Origin: Methylophaga frappieri
Lineage (GTDB): Bacteria > Pseudomonadota > Gammaproteobacteria > Nitrosococcales > Methylophagaceae
DNA: 32,000 nt
Assembly (NCBI RefSeq): GCF_000260965.1
Contig: NC_017856.1
Coordinates: 2,160,001-2,192,000, forward strand
Direction: 5' to 3'
Position numbers and translations under genes: made by a program. The notes under the pieces are model-generated. The model was given only the letters and a program-made list of their open reading frames with translations, had not been told where the DNA came from and made no database searches. Below, piece by piece: positions 17,989-29,059 of this stretch (positions within the stretch are counted from its first letter, which is position 1; every line of letters starts with the position of its first letter).

Positions 17989-19413
17989 TCAGCGGATGGA
18001 TTCCAATTCATTCAACTCTATCTCATCGGCAACGAATTTGACGTAGGCAAGTTGATCTTCCACCACCAGAACCGTTTCAACAACGCCTGAAATTGCCGAT
18101 AAACGGTGTTGGTAAGACTCCGCTGTTGTTGCAGATAAACCGGGTAAGGGCACAATTCGATGGCTGTAATGCACCAGTGGCCGCATGCGCCACATCATCA
18201 TTAGCCAGACAACACATAGACTCAGTGCGAGTAGAAAAACACCCTGAATATCAGCATAGCTATATATTAATCCGCCCAGCACGCCACCGAGAAAGGCGCC
18301 AATAAATTGCGCGCTCGCATAAACGCCCATTGCCGTGCCTTTGGATTGCAGCGGACTTAATTTAGACATAACCGATGGCAGGCTGGCTTCCAGTACATTA
18401 AAAGCGGTAAAAAATAACCAAAGACAAACCAGTAATAAAATGAGAGATTGAGGCTGCGTTGCCCAGCCGATTTGCGCCAAGGCCAACACAGCGATAGCGC
18501 CCAGCATGACCGGTTTCATTTGTCGGCCTTTTTCCGCTAATAAAATAAACGGCACCATGGCGACAAATGCCAGTAGCAAAACAGGTAAATAGGTTTGTGC
18601 CAAGTCTGATTTGGCAATACCGGCGTAATCTTGCAGGGCAATCGGTAAGGCAAAGAAACTTAGCGTCAATAACAAATGCAAAAACAAAATGCTGAGGATG
18701 ACTCGCATCATTGGTGCGTTGCTCAACACTGAGCCAAGTTGCGCACGGGCAGGTTGCATTTCTTGATGAATTTTAAGGCGATAGGGGTTCGGCACCCACC
18801 ATGCCAACACAATCATACCTAATATTGCCATCACTGCCGTTGCCCAGAAAATACCAGCCAGACCCAGCCAGTTTTCCAATGCCGCGCCGCTTGCCAATGC
18901 GATCGAAAAAGACAACCCAATGCTGATGCCAATTGCGGCCATGGCTTTGGTGCGGTGTTGATCACGAGTTAAATCTGCGGTGAGCGCCATTATGACGGCG
19001 GCAATAGCGCCACTACCCTGTAATAAGCGGCCAGCTATCACGGTATAAATTGATTCGGCCATTGCCGCGAGGACGCTACCCAAAGCAAATAAAATCAACC
19101 CGACAAAAATCACTTTTTTTCTGCCAATTCGGTCGGATAACATGCCGAAAGGAATTTGCAAAACCGCCTGTGTTAAACCATAGGCGCCAATAGCCAGGCC
19201 GATTAGTAATGGTGTGCTATGGGTGTAGGTTTGCGCGGATAAGGAAAACACGGGCAGAATCATAAACAGACCCAGCATCCGTAAGGCGAAAATCAGGGAT
19301 AAGCCAGAAATCGTGCGTTTTTCCGACACGCTGAGTGCGGCCGATGTGGTTTGTTTTTGCGTCATGATAGTGGGACAGCGTATATTGATCGGTTTGATTT
19401 TACTACGGAACAT
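17989..19413 (-). CDS. MFS transporter (12-TM class) with a roughly 70-aa soluble C-terminal extension
   Basis: [11 protein letters not shown] motif between TM2 and TM3 and many TM segments. It sits between ssb and uvrA, as in Pseudomonas. The start is ambiguous. ATG 19413 lies 2 nt from the uvrA ATG. ATG 19365 (MTQKQTTSA...) would leave a 50-nt divergent spacer and seems biologically more plausible to me. Confidence 0.8.
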   Translation of the reverse strand: MFRSKIKPINIRCPTIMTQKQTTSAALSVSEKRTISGLSLIFALRMLGLFMILPVFSLSAQTYTHSTPLLIGLAIGAYGLTQAVLQIPFGMLSDRIGRKKVIFVGLILFALGSVLAAMAESIYTVIAGRLLQGSGAIAAVIMALTADLTRDQHRTKAMAAIGISIGLSFSIALASGAALENWLGLAGIFWATAVMAILGMIVLAWWVPNPYRLKIHQEMQPARAQLGSVLSNAPMMRVILSILFLHLLLTLSFFALPIALQDYAGIAKSDLAQTYLPVLLLAFVAMVPFILLAEKGRQMKPVMLGAIAVLALAQIGWATQPQSLILLLVCLWLFFTAFNVLEASLPSVMSKLSPLQSKGTAMGVYASAQFIGAFLGGVLGGLIYSYADIQGVFLLALSLCVVWLMMMWRMRPLVHYSHRIVPLPGLSATTAESYQHRLSAISGVVETVLVVEDQLAYVKFVADEIELNELESIR

Positions 19414-19415
19414 GC

Positions 19416-22235
19416 ATGAAAAAAATCAGCATTCGCGGCGCCCGTACGCATAATCTTAAAAATATTGATGTGGAGTTGCCGCGTGATGCCTTGATCGTCA
19501 TTACCGGTTTGTCCGGGTCCGGCAAATCTTCGCTGGCGTTTGACACCCTGTATGCAGAGGGACAGCGTCGTTATGTCGAGTCACTTTCTGCTTATGCGCG
19601 GCAATTTTTGTCGATGATGGAAAAGCCGGATGTCGATCATATTGAAGGTTTATCACCCGCAATTTCTATTGAACAGAAATCGACCTCGCATAATCCTCGG
19701 TCAACGGTCGGCACGATTACCGAGATCTACGATTATCTCCGTTTGCTTTTTGCGCGCGCTGGTGAGCCACGTTGTCCCACGCATGATCAACCCTTAGCCG
19801 CGCAAACCGTCAGTCAGATGGTGGATAGCGTACTGGCGTTGCCTGAAGGAAAACGACTGATGCTGTTGGCGCCGGTCATTCAGGATCGTAAAGGCGAACA
19901 CCGAGATTTACTGGAAGAATTACGGGCGCAGGGCTTTGTGCGTGCAAGAGTGAATGGTGAGGTGATTGAACTCGACAATCCACCCGAGTTGGAATTACGA
20001 AAAAAACATACCATTGAAGCCGTCGTCGATCGGTTTAAGGTGCGAGAAGATATTCAGCAGCGCTTGGCGGAGTCATTTGAAACGGCGCTCAAACTGGCAG
20101 ATGGCGTCGCTAAAGTGGTGTCGATGGACGATGCGGATGACGTCATGCTGTTTTCTGCAAAGTTTGCCTGTAGTACATGTGGGTATTCCATTGCTGAGCT
20201 GGAACCACGGATGTTTTCTTTTAACAACCCGGCTGGCGCTTGTCCGACATGTGATGGTTTAGGCGTTAAGCAATTTGTTGATCCAGCGCGTGTGGTTGCC
20301 CATCCCGAGCTCAGTTTGGCGGATGGTGCCATTCGTGGCTGGGATCGGCGTAATGCCTACTATTATCAAATGTTGCATGCTTTGGCGACGCATTACCAAT
20401 TTGATCTCGAGCAACCCTTTGACGCGTTGCCTGAAGCTATTAGGCAAATCATTTTGCATGGTAGTGGCCGAGAAGAAATTGATTTTAGTTACTTCACAGA
20501 CCGTGGCCGACGCATGACGCGTAAGCATCGTTTTGAGGGCATTATTCCCAATCTGCAACGTCGTTATCATGAAACGGATTCGGGCAGTGTTCGAGAAGAA
20601 CTGGCACGGTTTCACTCAGTGCGAACCTGCCCAGAGTGTCAGGGTGCACGGCTGAATGAAGCGGCACGGCATGTCTTTATTAATGAAACCAATTTACCGG
20701 CGATTACTGCCTTGCCAATTGGTGAAGCCAAAACCTTCTTTGAACAGTTGCGTTTGACTGGGCAGCGTGCCGAAATCGCGGGCAAAATCATCCATGAAAT
20801 CAGTGCGCGACTAAGCTTTCTGGTCAATGTCGGCCTGGATTATCTAACGCTAGCCCGCAGTGCAGAAACTTTGTCAGGTGGTGAGGCGCAACGGATTCGT
20901 TTAGCCAGTCAGATTGGCGCGGGTTTGGTCGGAGTCATGTACATATTGGACGAACCCTCTATCGGCTTGCATCAACGTGATAATGATCGGCTGCTGGCCA
21001 CGCTGACGCGATTGCGTGATTTGGGCAATACGGTGATTGTGGTTGAGCATGATGAAGATGCCATTCGCAGTGCGGATTATGTTTTGGATATTGGCCCGGG
21101 GGCGGGTGTGCATGGTGGCGCTATTGTTGCTCAGGGTTCGCCAGACGACATTATGAAAAGTGAGCATTCGCTCACCGGGCAGTATTTGTCGGGCCGTCGT
21201 CAAATTGCGGTTCCTGCCAGCCGGGAATCAGCCCATGCCGGAAAAGTTATTGGGTTGCGCGGCGCTTGTGGCAATAACCTGAAACAGGTTGATGTCGATA
21301 TTCCCATTGGTTTAATGACTTGTGTTACCGGTGTTTCCGGTAGCGGTAAGTCAACATTAATCAATGAAACGCTGCTAAAGCTGACTGCCAAAACCTTGAA
21401 TGGTGCTTCAGATGAACCGGCACCACATACTGAAATACTGGGTTTGGAGCAGCTGGACAAAGTCGTTGCCATAAATCAAAGCCCGATTGGTCGGACACCG
21501 CGCTCTAATCCTGCAACCTATACCGGTTTGTTTACGCCCATTCGCGAATTATTTGCTGGAACGCCTGAAGCGCGTTCCCGTGGCTATGGGCCGGGACGTT
21601 TCAGTTTTAATGTTAAAGGTGGGCGTTGTGAAGCCTGTCAGGGAGATGGCCTGATCAAGGTGGAAATGCATTTTCTGCCTGATATTTATGTGCCTTGTGA
21701 CGTGTGTAAAGGACAGCGCTATAACCGCGAAACGCTGGATATTCGGTACAAAGGGAAAACCATTACCGAAGTGCTGGACATGACTATCGAAGAAGCCAAT
21801 GTGTTCTTTGAAAATATTCCGGTGGTGGCAAAAAAATTACAGACGTTGATTGATGTGGGGCTGACCTATATCAAGTTAGGACAGAACGCGACGACCCTGT
21901 CGGGCGGTGAGGCGCAACGCGTCAAGCTGGCGAAGGAATTGTCCAAGCGCGATACTGGTAAAACATTGTATATTCTTGATGAACCGACAACCGGACTGCA
22001 CTTTTTTGATATTGAACAATTGCTGAAAGTACTGCATCACTTGCGTGATCGGGGTAACACCATCGTCGTCATTGAGCATAATCTGGATGTCATCAAAACG
22101 GCTGACTGGATCATCGATATGGGGCCGGAAGGTGGGTCTGGTGGTGGTCAGGTTATTTGTAGTGGCACACCGGAAGAGGTTGCCAAGGTTACCCACTCAC
22201 ATACAGGACATTACCTCAAGGCATTGCTGTCATGA
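19416..22235 (+). CDS. uvrA: Excinuclease ABC subunit A
   Basis: 939 aa: [44 protein letters not shown]..., two ABC modules (LSGGEAQR twice, [10 protein letters not shown]) and Zn-finger Cys clusters. Confidence 0.97.
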   Translation: MKKISIRGARTHNLKNIDVELPRDALIVITGLSGSGKSSLAFDTLYAEGQRRYVESLSAYARQFLSMMEKPDVDHIEGLSPAISIEQKSTSHNPRSTVGTITEIYDYLRLLFARAGEPRCPTHDQPLAAQTVSQMVDSVLALPEGKRLMLLAPVIQDRKGEHRDLLEELRAQGFVRARVNGEVIELDNPPELELRKKHTIEAVVDRFKVREDIQQRLAESFETALKLADGVAKVVSMDDADDVMLFSAKFACSTCGYSIAELEPRMFSFNNPAGACPTCDGLGVKQFVDPARVVAHPELSLADGAIRGWDRRNAYYYQMLHALATHYQFDLEQPFDALPEAIRQIILHGSGREEIDFSYFTDRGRRMTRKHRFEGIIPNLQRRYHETDSGSVREELARFHSVRTCPECQGARLNEAARHVFINETNLPAITALPIGEAKTFFEQLRLTGQRAEIAGKIIHEISARLSFLVNVGLDYLTLARSAETLSGGEAQRIRLASQIGAGLVGVMYILDEPSIGLHQRDNDRLLATLTRLRDLGNTVIVVEHDEDAIRSADYVLDIGPGAGVHGGAIVAQGSPDDIMKSEHSLTGQYLSGRRQIAVPASRESAHAGKVIGLRGACGNNLKQVDVDIPIGLMTCVTGVSGSGKSTLINETLLKLTAKTLNGASDEPAPHTEILGLEQLDKVVAINQSPIGRTPRSNPATYTGLFTPIRELFAGTPEARSRGYGPGRFSFNVKGGRCEACQGDGLIKVEMHFLPDIYVPCDVCKGQRYNRETLDIRYKGKTITEVLDMTIEEANVFFENIPVVAKKLQTLIDVGLTYIKLGQNATTLSGGEAQRVKLAKELSKRDTGKTLYILDEPTTGLHFFDIEQLLKVLHHLRDRGNTIVVIEHNLDVIKTADWIIDMGPEGGSGGGQVICSGTPEEVAKVTHSHTGHYLKALLS

Positions 22236-22849
22236 GTCTGGAACAAGAAATTAAATTGGCCGTCTTGCAAGACACAGAAATCGATCTTGCTGCGTTGGAT
22301 TGGTTACAGTCATCAGTAACCAAGCAAAAAACACAGGCATTACGAACCGATTATTACGATACGCCAGAGTTTACGCTACGAGATCAGCGTATCGCGCTGC
22401 GGTTACGTCAGGTCGAAGGCCAGTGGGTGCAGACGGTAAAAACAGCTGGGCAGGTCAAAGCCGGATTACATCAGCGTGAGGAATGGGATCAGCCTTTGTT
22501 AACCGGAGAATTTGATCAGGCCTTATTGCGCCAAACACCGCTGGCGCCCATTGTCGATGATCCGGGAAAATGGCGGCGTCTTGGTTGTATTTTCAGTACG
22601 CAGTTTACCCGTGTCACTTGGGACTTACAGATTGACGATACCTTGGTCGAGCTGGCTTATGATCGCGGATGGGTCAAAGCTGGTGGCCGACAGACGCCGA
22701 TCCATGAAATCGAGTTGGAGCTACGCCACGGTGAGTTAACGGTGTTATCCACGTTGGCGCAGCAGTTGAAAACGGCGTTGCCACTGCGAGATAACCCAGT
22801 GAATAAAGCCCAGCTTGGCTACGATTTATTAATGCCTGCCAAGGATTAG
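22232..22849 (+). CDS. CYTH-domain protein (YgiF N-terminal-domain-like putative triphosphatase), lacking a CHAD domain
   Basis: 205 aa. The N-terminal EIKL (ExExK-type) strand, [17 protein letters not shown] and [12 protein letters not shown] align with E. coli YgiF residues MKVAGRVTGGLHQRPEY and ICELELELLSGD. The ATG overlaps the uvrA stop (ATGA). Confidence 0.75.
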   Translation: MSLEQEIKLAVLQDTEIDLAALDWLQSSVTKQKTQALRTDYYDTPEFTLRDQRIALRLRQVEGQWVQTVKTAGQVKAGLHQREEWDQPLLTGEFDQALLRQTPLAPIVDDPGKWRRLGCIFSTQFTRVTWDLQIDDTLVELAYDRGWVKAGGRQTPIHEIELELRHGELTVLSTLAQQLKTALPLRDNPVNKAQLGYDLLMPAKD

Positions 22850-23856
22850 CGCGCAGATAAGCCGCGCTGAGTCTCAAATTTCCAGGTTCGGATAATGGTC
22901 AACATGTCATTACCTTTCAGCACATCGTCAGGGATATTGGCATAAGGCGCGCCCATACGGACGATTTTAATTGCGGCCTCATCCAGCACCTGATGCCCGG
23001 AAGATCGCGATACAACAATACCATCGGCTGGCACACTGCCATCAGGGCGAATATCAACTGATAACATCAGACTGCCGTTGATATTTTGATCGCGCGCCGC
23101 CTGCGGATAATTCATATTGCCAAGCCGTTCGACTTTTCTTTCCCACGCACGCATGTAAGCCGCAGCGGTGAACTCTTTGGTCGCTGCTGAAATGCGCCGT
23201 TTTTTGGGCTTATTACTCAGTACGTTACTGTTTTTAGCCAATTGATTTTGCAGGTCATCAATATTGGTTTTTGCCCGGGCAATTAATTCTTGTGCACTCG
23301 GTCTGGGCGGCACGGATTCTGGTACAGCATTGTCGTGCGCTGCAGAGGCAGCATCCACACTTTCCACTTGTTCTGATGCGCTATCTGTTGTGATTTTTTC
23401 GGAAGCGACCGTTGGTGTCTCGGCGGGCGGAGTAACAACAGGTTTTGGTTCGACAACCGGTTCTGGTTCGGGGGCTGGCTCTGCTGCAGGTTCAATGGGT
23501 GTCGGTGCTTCGGGTATAGGTGAATCGGACACCTGTTCAAGCACGGCCGGTGGGGATGCCTCTGGCTCAGGTTCAGGCAAGGGTCTGTCAACCGGTACTA
23601 ATGGCAGCGGTTCGGGTTCTGGCTCCGGTTTTTCCTGTATGCCACCACCCAGATTATTCGCTTGCGCTAAAAAATCGGCTTGCTCGGGTTGATCGAGGGT
23701 CTGTTGTTTGACAAGGGTGATATCCAGCGTATTTTCAGGGGCATTGGTGGGTGGCGAAAAGACATTAAAGCTGACATTCAGGACAATAATGACATGCAGC
23801 AAGACGGATAACAGCAGCATCCATATCAGACAGTCATTGTTGTCAGCTTGTGCCAT
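22846..23856 (-). CDS. TonB-family energy-transducer-like protein (N-terminal TM anchor, Pro/Glu-rich spacer, TonB_C domain)
   Basis: The N-terminal anchor is CLIWMLLLSVLLHVIIVL. A long (EP)n/PEP-rich spacer follows. The C-terminal block is YPQAARDQNINGSLMLSVDIRPDGSV....SSGHQVLDEAAIKIV. It lies downstream of gshB, like TonB3 of P. aeruginosa as I recall it. Confidence 0.8.
   Translation of the reverse strand: MAQADNNDCLIWMLLLSVLLHVIIVLNVSFNVFSPPTNAPENTLDITLVKQQTLDQPEQADFLAQANNLGGGIQEKPEPEPEPLPLVPVDRPLPEPEPEASPPAVLEQVSDSPIPEAPTPIEPAAEPAPEPEPVVEPKPVVTPPAETPTVASEKITTDSASEQVESVDAASAAHDNAVPESVPPRPSAQELIARAKTNIDDLQNQLAKNSNVLSNKPKKRRISAATKEFTAAAYMRAWERKVERLGNMNYPQAARDQNINGSLMLSVDIRPDGSVPADGIVVSRSSGHQVLDEAAIKIVRMGAPYANIPDDVLKGNDMLTIIRTWKFETQRGLSAR
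23440..23640. repeat. Low-complexity GGTTC/GGCTC-type degenerate repeats encoding the TonB Pro/Glu spacer
   Basis: Recurrent ggttc(n)gg units, for example ggttcgacaaccggttctggttcggggg and gcggttcgggttctggctccgg. They encode EPEPEP/PEPEP on the minus strand and generate a spurious Gly/Ser ORF on the plus strand. Confidence 0.5.
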
Positions 23857-23870
23857 CGTACGTTTCCAGT

Positions 23871-24896
23871 CTAGCGGATAGATCGAATCCGCGGTTCGCC
23901 GTCATAGTTAATTATCTTTATTCGTTCTGCCATAACTGGACTCAGCTCCAGTTGACCGGAAGCCGTTACCAGCATGACTGCTTCTAGTCCCATTTTCGCC
24001 GCCAGTTTGGGCCAATCGTTGCCGGCAACAAACAAGGCTGTGGCAGCCGCATCGGCTCTGGCCGCATTGTTATCAATCACGGTGACTGACATGGCTTGAT
24101 CCGCGGGATAACCGCTACGCGGATCAAGTATATGAGAGTAACGTTTACCATCATATTCGAAAAAACGTTCGTAATCTCCAGAGCTAAATACACTCTCGTC
24201 ATGCCTGACTTCCACAGACGCCAAAACCCCTTCTTGCCGAGGGTGTCGAATACCAATATTCCAGGCGCGACGCCCATGCTGACCGATAGCACGTAAATCA
24301 CCACCAATATTGACAATGGCGTTATCAATTTGTCGTGCCTTGAGCAGGTCGATAGCCGCATCAACAGCGTAACCTTTGGCAAAGCCACCAAAGCCGAGTT
24401 TGGCCATGGGGTTGTCGCTGTATAACTGATCCTCTCGGATCACAATGTCAGTCATATCCGGGGCGGCGGCCAGCCAAGCATTGATGGCAGAGGATTGGGG
24501 GGGCGGTCGGGAACTGAACCAGTCGTCTTGTTCAAATCCCCATAAACTAAATAGCTGACCCGCTGCCGGATTAAAAAGTTGTTCACTGTCTTTAGCCAAG
24601 GCTTGTGCCTGAGCAATGACCTCAGCGACATTTTCGTCAACAGCAATCGGTTCACCAGCAGCAATGGCAGCATTGATTTCTGTTAGCAGACTGGGTTGCC
24701 AGGCATGCCAAAGGTCATTGACGCCGGTAAAAGTTGTTTCCAAGTCCGTTATCGCCTGTTCAAATGTCGCCCTGTCTTCATTGTAAATACTGATGTCGAT
24801 TTCCGTGCCAAAAGCGAAAATTTTCGCTTGTTGAGTCGTACTGTCTTGGCAGGCTGTTAGCAATACGAGGCTAACCCACAATAAAATCAGTCGCAT
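23871..24896 (-). CDS. apbE: FAD:protein FMN transferase (ApbE family), lipoprotein
   Basis: Lipobox LVLLTAC, then the ApbE-type blocks GGFAKGYAVD, VNIGGDLRAIG and SGDYERFFEYDGKRYSHILDPRSGYP. It overlaps the gshB 3' end by 10 nt. Confidence 0.85.
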   Translation of the reverse strand: MRLILLWVSLVLLTACQDSTTQQAKIFAFGTEIDISIYNEDRATFEQAITDLETTFTGVNDLWHAWQPSLLTEINAAIAAGEPIAVDENVAEVIAQAQALAKDSEQLFNPAAGQLFSLWGFEQDDWFSSRPPPQSSAINAWLAAAPDMTDIVIREDQLYSDNPMAKLGFGGFAKGYAVDAAIDLLKARQIDNAIVNIGGDLRAIGQHGRRAWNIGIRHPRQEGVLASVEVRHDESVFSSGDYERFFEYDGKRYSHILDPRSGYPADQAMSVTVIDNNAARADAAATALFVAGNDWPKLAAKMGLEAVMLVTASGQLELSPVMAERIKIINYDGEPRIRSIR

Positions 24897-25837
24897 AGTT
24901 TGGCCTCAATGGCATCCATTAATTGATCGGCAATATCTAGGTCAAATAATTTGTCTAATTCACGAATACAGGTCGGACTGGTGACATTAATTTCGGTTAA
25001 ATAATCACCAATGACGTCTAAACCAACGAAGATTAATCCTTTTTCACGTAATTTTGACCCAACTTGCTGACAAATCCAGCGGTCTCTCTCTGTCAGAGGA
25101 CGTCCCTCGGCGCGGCCGCCGGCCGCCAGATTACCGCGTGTTTCTCCTTCAGCGGGAATACGGGCCAAGGCATACGGAATCGGTTCACCATTGATCAGCA
25201 AAATACGTTTGTCACCCTCACGGATAGCCGGCAGATACTGCTGTACCATCACGGATTTTGTGCCTTTTTCGGTCAGGGTTTCAACAATGACTGAAAAATT
25301 GGGGTCACCTTGCATGACCCGAAATATAGATGCCCCACCCATGCCATCGAGCGGTTTAATAATGATATCGCCATAGTCAGCCTGAAACTCACGCATCAGG
25401 GATTTTTGGCGCGTTACCAGTGTGGGCGGACAGCAATCCGGAAACCAGGCGGTAAATAATTTTTCATTGGCATCACGCAGGCTCTGCGGATCGTTGACGA
25501 TTAATACGCCCTCCGCTTGAGCTTGCTCTAACAGATACGTACTGTAGATATATTCCATATCGAAAGGCGGATCTTTACGCATCAAGATCGCATCGAGGCT
25601 GTTGAGTCTGCTGATTTGCGTTTCCTGCAATTGATGCCAGTCGCTCGGATCATCTCGCACTGAAACTGCCGTCAGGTTTGCCATGACCTTGCCTTCCCGT
25701 AAAAACAGGTCATCTTGTTGAATATAAAAGAGTTGCCAGCCGCGAGCTTGAGCGGCCAGCATCATGGCGAAGCTACTGTCTTTTTTGGTGTTGATGTCCT
25801 GAATCGGATCCATCACGATGCCAATACGTCTGGTCAT
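24887..25837 (-). CDS. gshB: Glutathione synthetase
   Basis: 316 aa, collinear with E. coli GshB. Shared blocks: IGIVMDPI..IN.KKDSSFAM, ILMRKDPPFD, SLRD.NEKLFTAWF, KPLDGMGGASIFRV, GETRGNLAAGGR, GLDVIGD.LTEINVTSPTC. Confidence 0.95.
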   Translation of the reverse strand: MTRRIGIVMDPIQDINTKKDSSFAMMLAAQARGWQLFYIQQDDLFLREGKVMANLTAVSVRDDPSDWHQLQETQISRLNSLDAILMRKDPPFDMEYIYSTYLLEQAQAEGVLIVNDPQSLRDANEKLFTAWFPDCCPPTLVTRQKSLMREFQADYGDIIIKPLDGMGGASIFRVMQGDPNFSVIVETLTEKGTKSVMVQQYLPAIREGDKRILLINGEPIPYALARIPAEGETRGNLAAGGRAEGRPLTERDRWICQQVGSKLREKGLIFVGLDVIGDYLTEINVTSPTCIRELDKLFDLDIADQLMDAIEAKLCD

Positions 25838-26051
25838 GCTTTGATTTCCTGTTTGTGATCTGGGGCGCGTCTATCTTTCATATTGATCACTCGGCAGCGA
25901 TGAAAAGGAGACACGCCTCGGCTATTGTAACGTAATCAATTGGCTGAATTGTCGTCACCTCGGTAACAGTGACACATTGTCAGCTCTACAAGCCGGCCTC
26001 AGATTCGCTATAATCACGACATTTTATAATTCAATCATAAAGAGAGTTCTG

Positions 26052-26981
26052 ATGACTGAACCGGCGGTGTCGGCGGCTACGCCAAAAACCTTTCAGGAAC
26101 TGATTTTGCGATTGCAACAGTACTGGGCTGAACAAGGCTGTGTATTGCTGCAGCCATATGACATGGAAGTCGGGGCTGGGACTTTTCACCCCGCAACCTT
26201 TCTGCGAGCGATTGGGCCGGAACCCTGGAGTGCCGCCTATGTGCAACCATCACGCCGACCTACGGATGGTCGCTATGGTGAAAACCCGAACCGGCTACAG
26301 CATTATTACCAGTTTCAGGTGGTGATTAAACCGTCGCCATTAGAAATACAGGCACTGTATCTTGGCTCTTTACGAATGTTAGGTATTGATACTTCGGTGC
26401 ATGATATTCGTTTCGTTGAAGATAACTGGGAATCACCTACGCTGGGTGCCTGGGGACTGGGTTGGGAAGTCTGGCTAAATGGCATGGAGGTCACGCAATT
26501 TACCTATTTTCAACAGGTTGGCGGTCTGGAATGTAAACCGGTAACCGGTGAAATCACCTATGGACTGGAACGGATTGCCATGTATCTGCAAGGGGTGGAA
26601 AGCGTCTACGACTTGGTGTGGGCTGATGGTCCTTTAGGAAAAGTCACTTATGGCGACGTGTTTCTGCAAAATGAAGTCGAAATGTCGGCCTATAATTTTG
26701 AACATGCCGATACGGCGCATTTGTTCTCACTGTTTGATACCTGTGAAAAGGAAAGTGAACGCATGATTGCTGCAGGGTTACCACTGCCTGCTTATGAAAT
26801 GGTGCTAAAAGCATCGCATACATTTAACCTTCTGGATGCGCGCAGAGCGATTTCCGTCACTGAGCGGCAACGTTTTATCCTACGAGTACGGACTTTGGCG
26901 CGTGCTGTTGCGCAGGCTTATTATGACCGACGCGAGTCGTTAGGCTTTCCGATGATGGCATCACAGGAGGCCAGCGCATGA
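26052..26981 (+). CDS. glyQ: Glycine--tRNA ligase alpha subunit
   Basis: [35 protein letters not shown]...[32 protein letters not shown], near-identical blocks to E. coli GlyQ. ATG at 26052 after AAGAGAG. The track start at 25977 is a non-homologous upstream extension. Confidence 0.95.
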   Translation: MTEPAVSAATPKTFQELILRLQQYWAEQGCVLLQPYDMEVGAGTFHPATFLRAIGPEPWSAAYVQPSRRPTDGRYGENPNRLQHYYQFQVVIKPSPLEIQALYLGSLRMLGIDTSVHDIRFVEDNWESPTLGAWGLGWEVWLNGMEVTQFTYFQQVGGLECKPVTGEITYGLERIAMYLQGVESVYDLVWADGPLGKVTYGDVFLQNEVEMSAYNFEHADTAHLFSLFDTCEKESERMIAAGLPLPAYEMVLKASHTFNLLDARRAISVTERQRFILRVRTLARAVAQAYYDRRESLGFPMMASQEASA

Positions 26982-29047
26982 GTCAGCAGGACTTTTTATT
27001 TGAACTCGGCACAGAAGAGCTACCGCCAACTACCTTGCAGAAACTAAGCAAAGCGTTGTTACAAGCCGTTGAGCAGGGATTAAAGGCGGCCGAATTAGCC
27101 TTTTCTGAAACGCATGTTTACGCAGCGCCGCGTCGATTAGCCGTGACCGTTTTTGATTTGCAAACCCGACAGGCAGACCGCCAGGTTGAACGGCGCGGGC
27201 CGGCTGTGGCGGCTGCCTTTGATGAAGAGGGGCAACCGACCAAAGCACTGCAAGGCTTTGCCAAGTCGTGCAACACCCGTATTGATGCGTTGGAAACCCT
27301 GGAAACAGACAAAGGCAAATGGCTGGTCTATCGTCAGCAAGAGTCTGGTTTGCCGGCGACCGTATTGTTACCACAGATTATGCAACAGGCGCTTGATGCC
27401 TTACCCATCGCCAAGCGGATGCGCTGGGGCAACTCGGATGCCGAGTTTGTCCGGCCGGTACATTGGTTAGTGATGTTGTTGGGGGATGTCGTGGTGCCAG
27501 CGACATTGCTGGATACCGAAGCGGATAGAGTGAGTTACGGCCATCGTTTCCATTTTCCGGATGCTATTCGCATAGATAGTGCTCGAAGCTATGCTGCACA
27601 ATTGGCCAACACCGGTTATGTTATCGCTGACTTCGCCGAGCGTCGAGATAAGGTTCGCCAGCAAGTGGTTAGGCTAGCTGAAGAGCTTGGCGGCGAAGCT
27701 ATTATTGATGCTGATTTACTTGATGAAGTAACCGGGCTGGTGGAGTGGCCAGTGGCGATTGCCGGCAGCTTTGATGAGCGCTTTTTATCATTGCCAGCTC
27801 AAGCATTGATTTCATCAATGCAGGGCCATCAAAAATATTTTCCGGTACAGAATCAGGCGGGTGAATTGCTGGCGAACTTTATTACGGTCAGTAATATTGA
27901 AAGCCAGGATACCGCGCAGGTGATTGCCGGTAATGAACGGGTGATTCGGCCGCGGCTTAGTGATGCGGCGTTTTTCTGGGATACCGATCGCAAGCAGCCA
28001 CTGGCATCGCGTCAGGAGCAGCTGAAATCCATCGTGTTTCAACATCAATTGGGTTCGATTTACGATAAATCGCAACGTGTTGCTTCATTAGCAAGTCATA
28101 TTGCGCAGCACATGGCTGCCGATGCGGCATTGGCAAAACGTGCCGCTGAGTTAGCCAAATGTGATTTGGTTACGGAAATGGTGGGTGAGTTTCCCGAGCT
28201 GCAAGGCATCATGGGGCGTCAATATGCACTGTTGGATGGTGAGCAGGAAGCCGTGGCCACGGCGTTAGATGCGCAATACATGCCACGCTTCGCCGGAGAT
28301 GATTTACCTGCCGATGCAATTGGCCAGTCAGTGAGTCTGGCTGAAAAACTGGATACGTTGGTTGGGCTGTTTGGTATTGGTCAACCCCCATCTGGTACCA
28401 AAGATCCCTTCGCCTTGCGACGCGCTGCATTGGGGGTATTACGTATCCTGATCGAAAAACAGCGTGACTTGGATCTCGGTGACTTGCTGACAACTGCCGT
28501 TGCCGGATTGACTGACAAGTTGACGGAAAAAAACACCGCTCAGCAAGTTCAACACTATTTATTCGAGCGTTTACGTGGCTATGTGTTAGACAATGGTCAT
28601 ACTGCCGATGCTTTTGATGCGGTATTGGCTTTGGCGCCGAGTCGACCGTTGGACTTCATGCAACGTCTGGAAGCAGTCAAGTATTTCCGACAATTGCCAG
28701 AGTCTGGTGCATTAGCGGCCGCGAATAAGCGCATTGATAATATTTTGCGCAAAAATGATGCTGTTGATGTCATTCAACCAGTTCAGGCTGTTTTGCTGGA
28801 GGAAGCTGCCGAGCAAAAACTGGCTAGCGTTGTTGCGGAGACCACAACCGCAGTGGCGGCGATGGGCAATGATTACCAACAAATCTTGCAAACGCTGGCA
28901 ACACTTCAAGCACCTATCGATCAGTTTTTTGATGAGGTGATGGTCATGGCTGATGATGACGCCGTTCGTCAAAACCGGTTAGCCTTGCTCAATCAAATCC
29001 GAACACTATTTTTGGGTGTCGCGGATATTTCCTGTTTACAACAATAA
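26978..29047 (+). CDS. glyS: Glycine--tRNA ligase beta subunit
   Basis: 689 aa: [12 protein letters not shown]..., [36 protein letters not shown] overlap with glyQ. Confidence 0.95.
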   Translation: MSQQDFLFELGTEELPPTTLQKLSKALLQAVEQGLKAAELAFSETHVYAAPRRLAVTVFDLQTRQADRQVERRGPAVAAAFDEEGQPTKALQGFAKSCNTRIDALETLETDKGKWLVYRQQESGLPATVLLPQIMQQALDALPIAKRMRWGNSDAEFVRPVHWLVMLLGDVVVPATLLDTEADRVSYGHRFHFPDAIRIDSARSYAAQLANTGYVIADFAERRDKVRQQVVRLAEELGGEAIIDADLLDEVTGLVEWPVAIAGSFDERFLSLPAQALISSMQGHQKYFPVQNQAGELLANFITVSNIESQDTAQVIAGNERVIRPRLSDAAFFWDTDRKQPLASRQEQLKSIVFQHQLGSIYDKSQRVASLASHIAQHMAADAALAKRAAELAKCDLVTEMVGEFPELQGIMGRQYALLDGEQEAVATALDAQYMPRFAGDDLPADAIGQSVSLAEKLDTLVGLFGIGQPPSGTKDPFALRRAALGVLRILIEKQRDLDLGDLLTTAVAGLTDKLTEKNTAQQVQHYLFERLRGYVLDNGHTADAFDAVLALAPSRPLDFMQRLEAVKYFRQLPESGALAAANKRIDNILRKNDAVDVIQPVQAVLLEEAAEQKLASVVAETTTAVAAMGNDYQQILQTLATLQAPIDQFFDEVMVMADDDAVRQNRLALLNQIRTLFLGVADISCLQQ

Positions 29048-29059
29048 ACGGAGCCACTT

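Noticed and set aside
23264-23692. 142-aa Gly/Ser-rich plus-strand ORF (and the 102-aa minus-strand ORF at 23283-23591)
   Set aside because: These are artefacts of the low-complexity Pro/Glu spacer of the TonB-like gene. The repeats keep alternative frames open.
25838-26051. TATAAT at 26008-26013 upstream of glyQ as a promoter
   Set aside because: The -10 is perfect, but I could not find a -35 at 16-18 nt spacing (TTGTCA lies 25 nt away). It is left unannotated.
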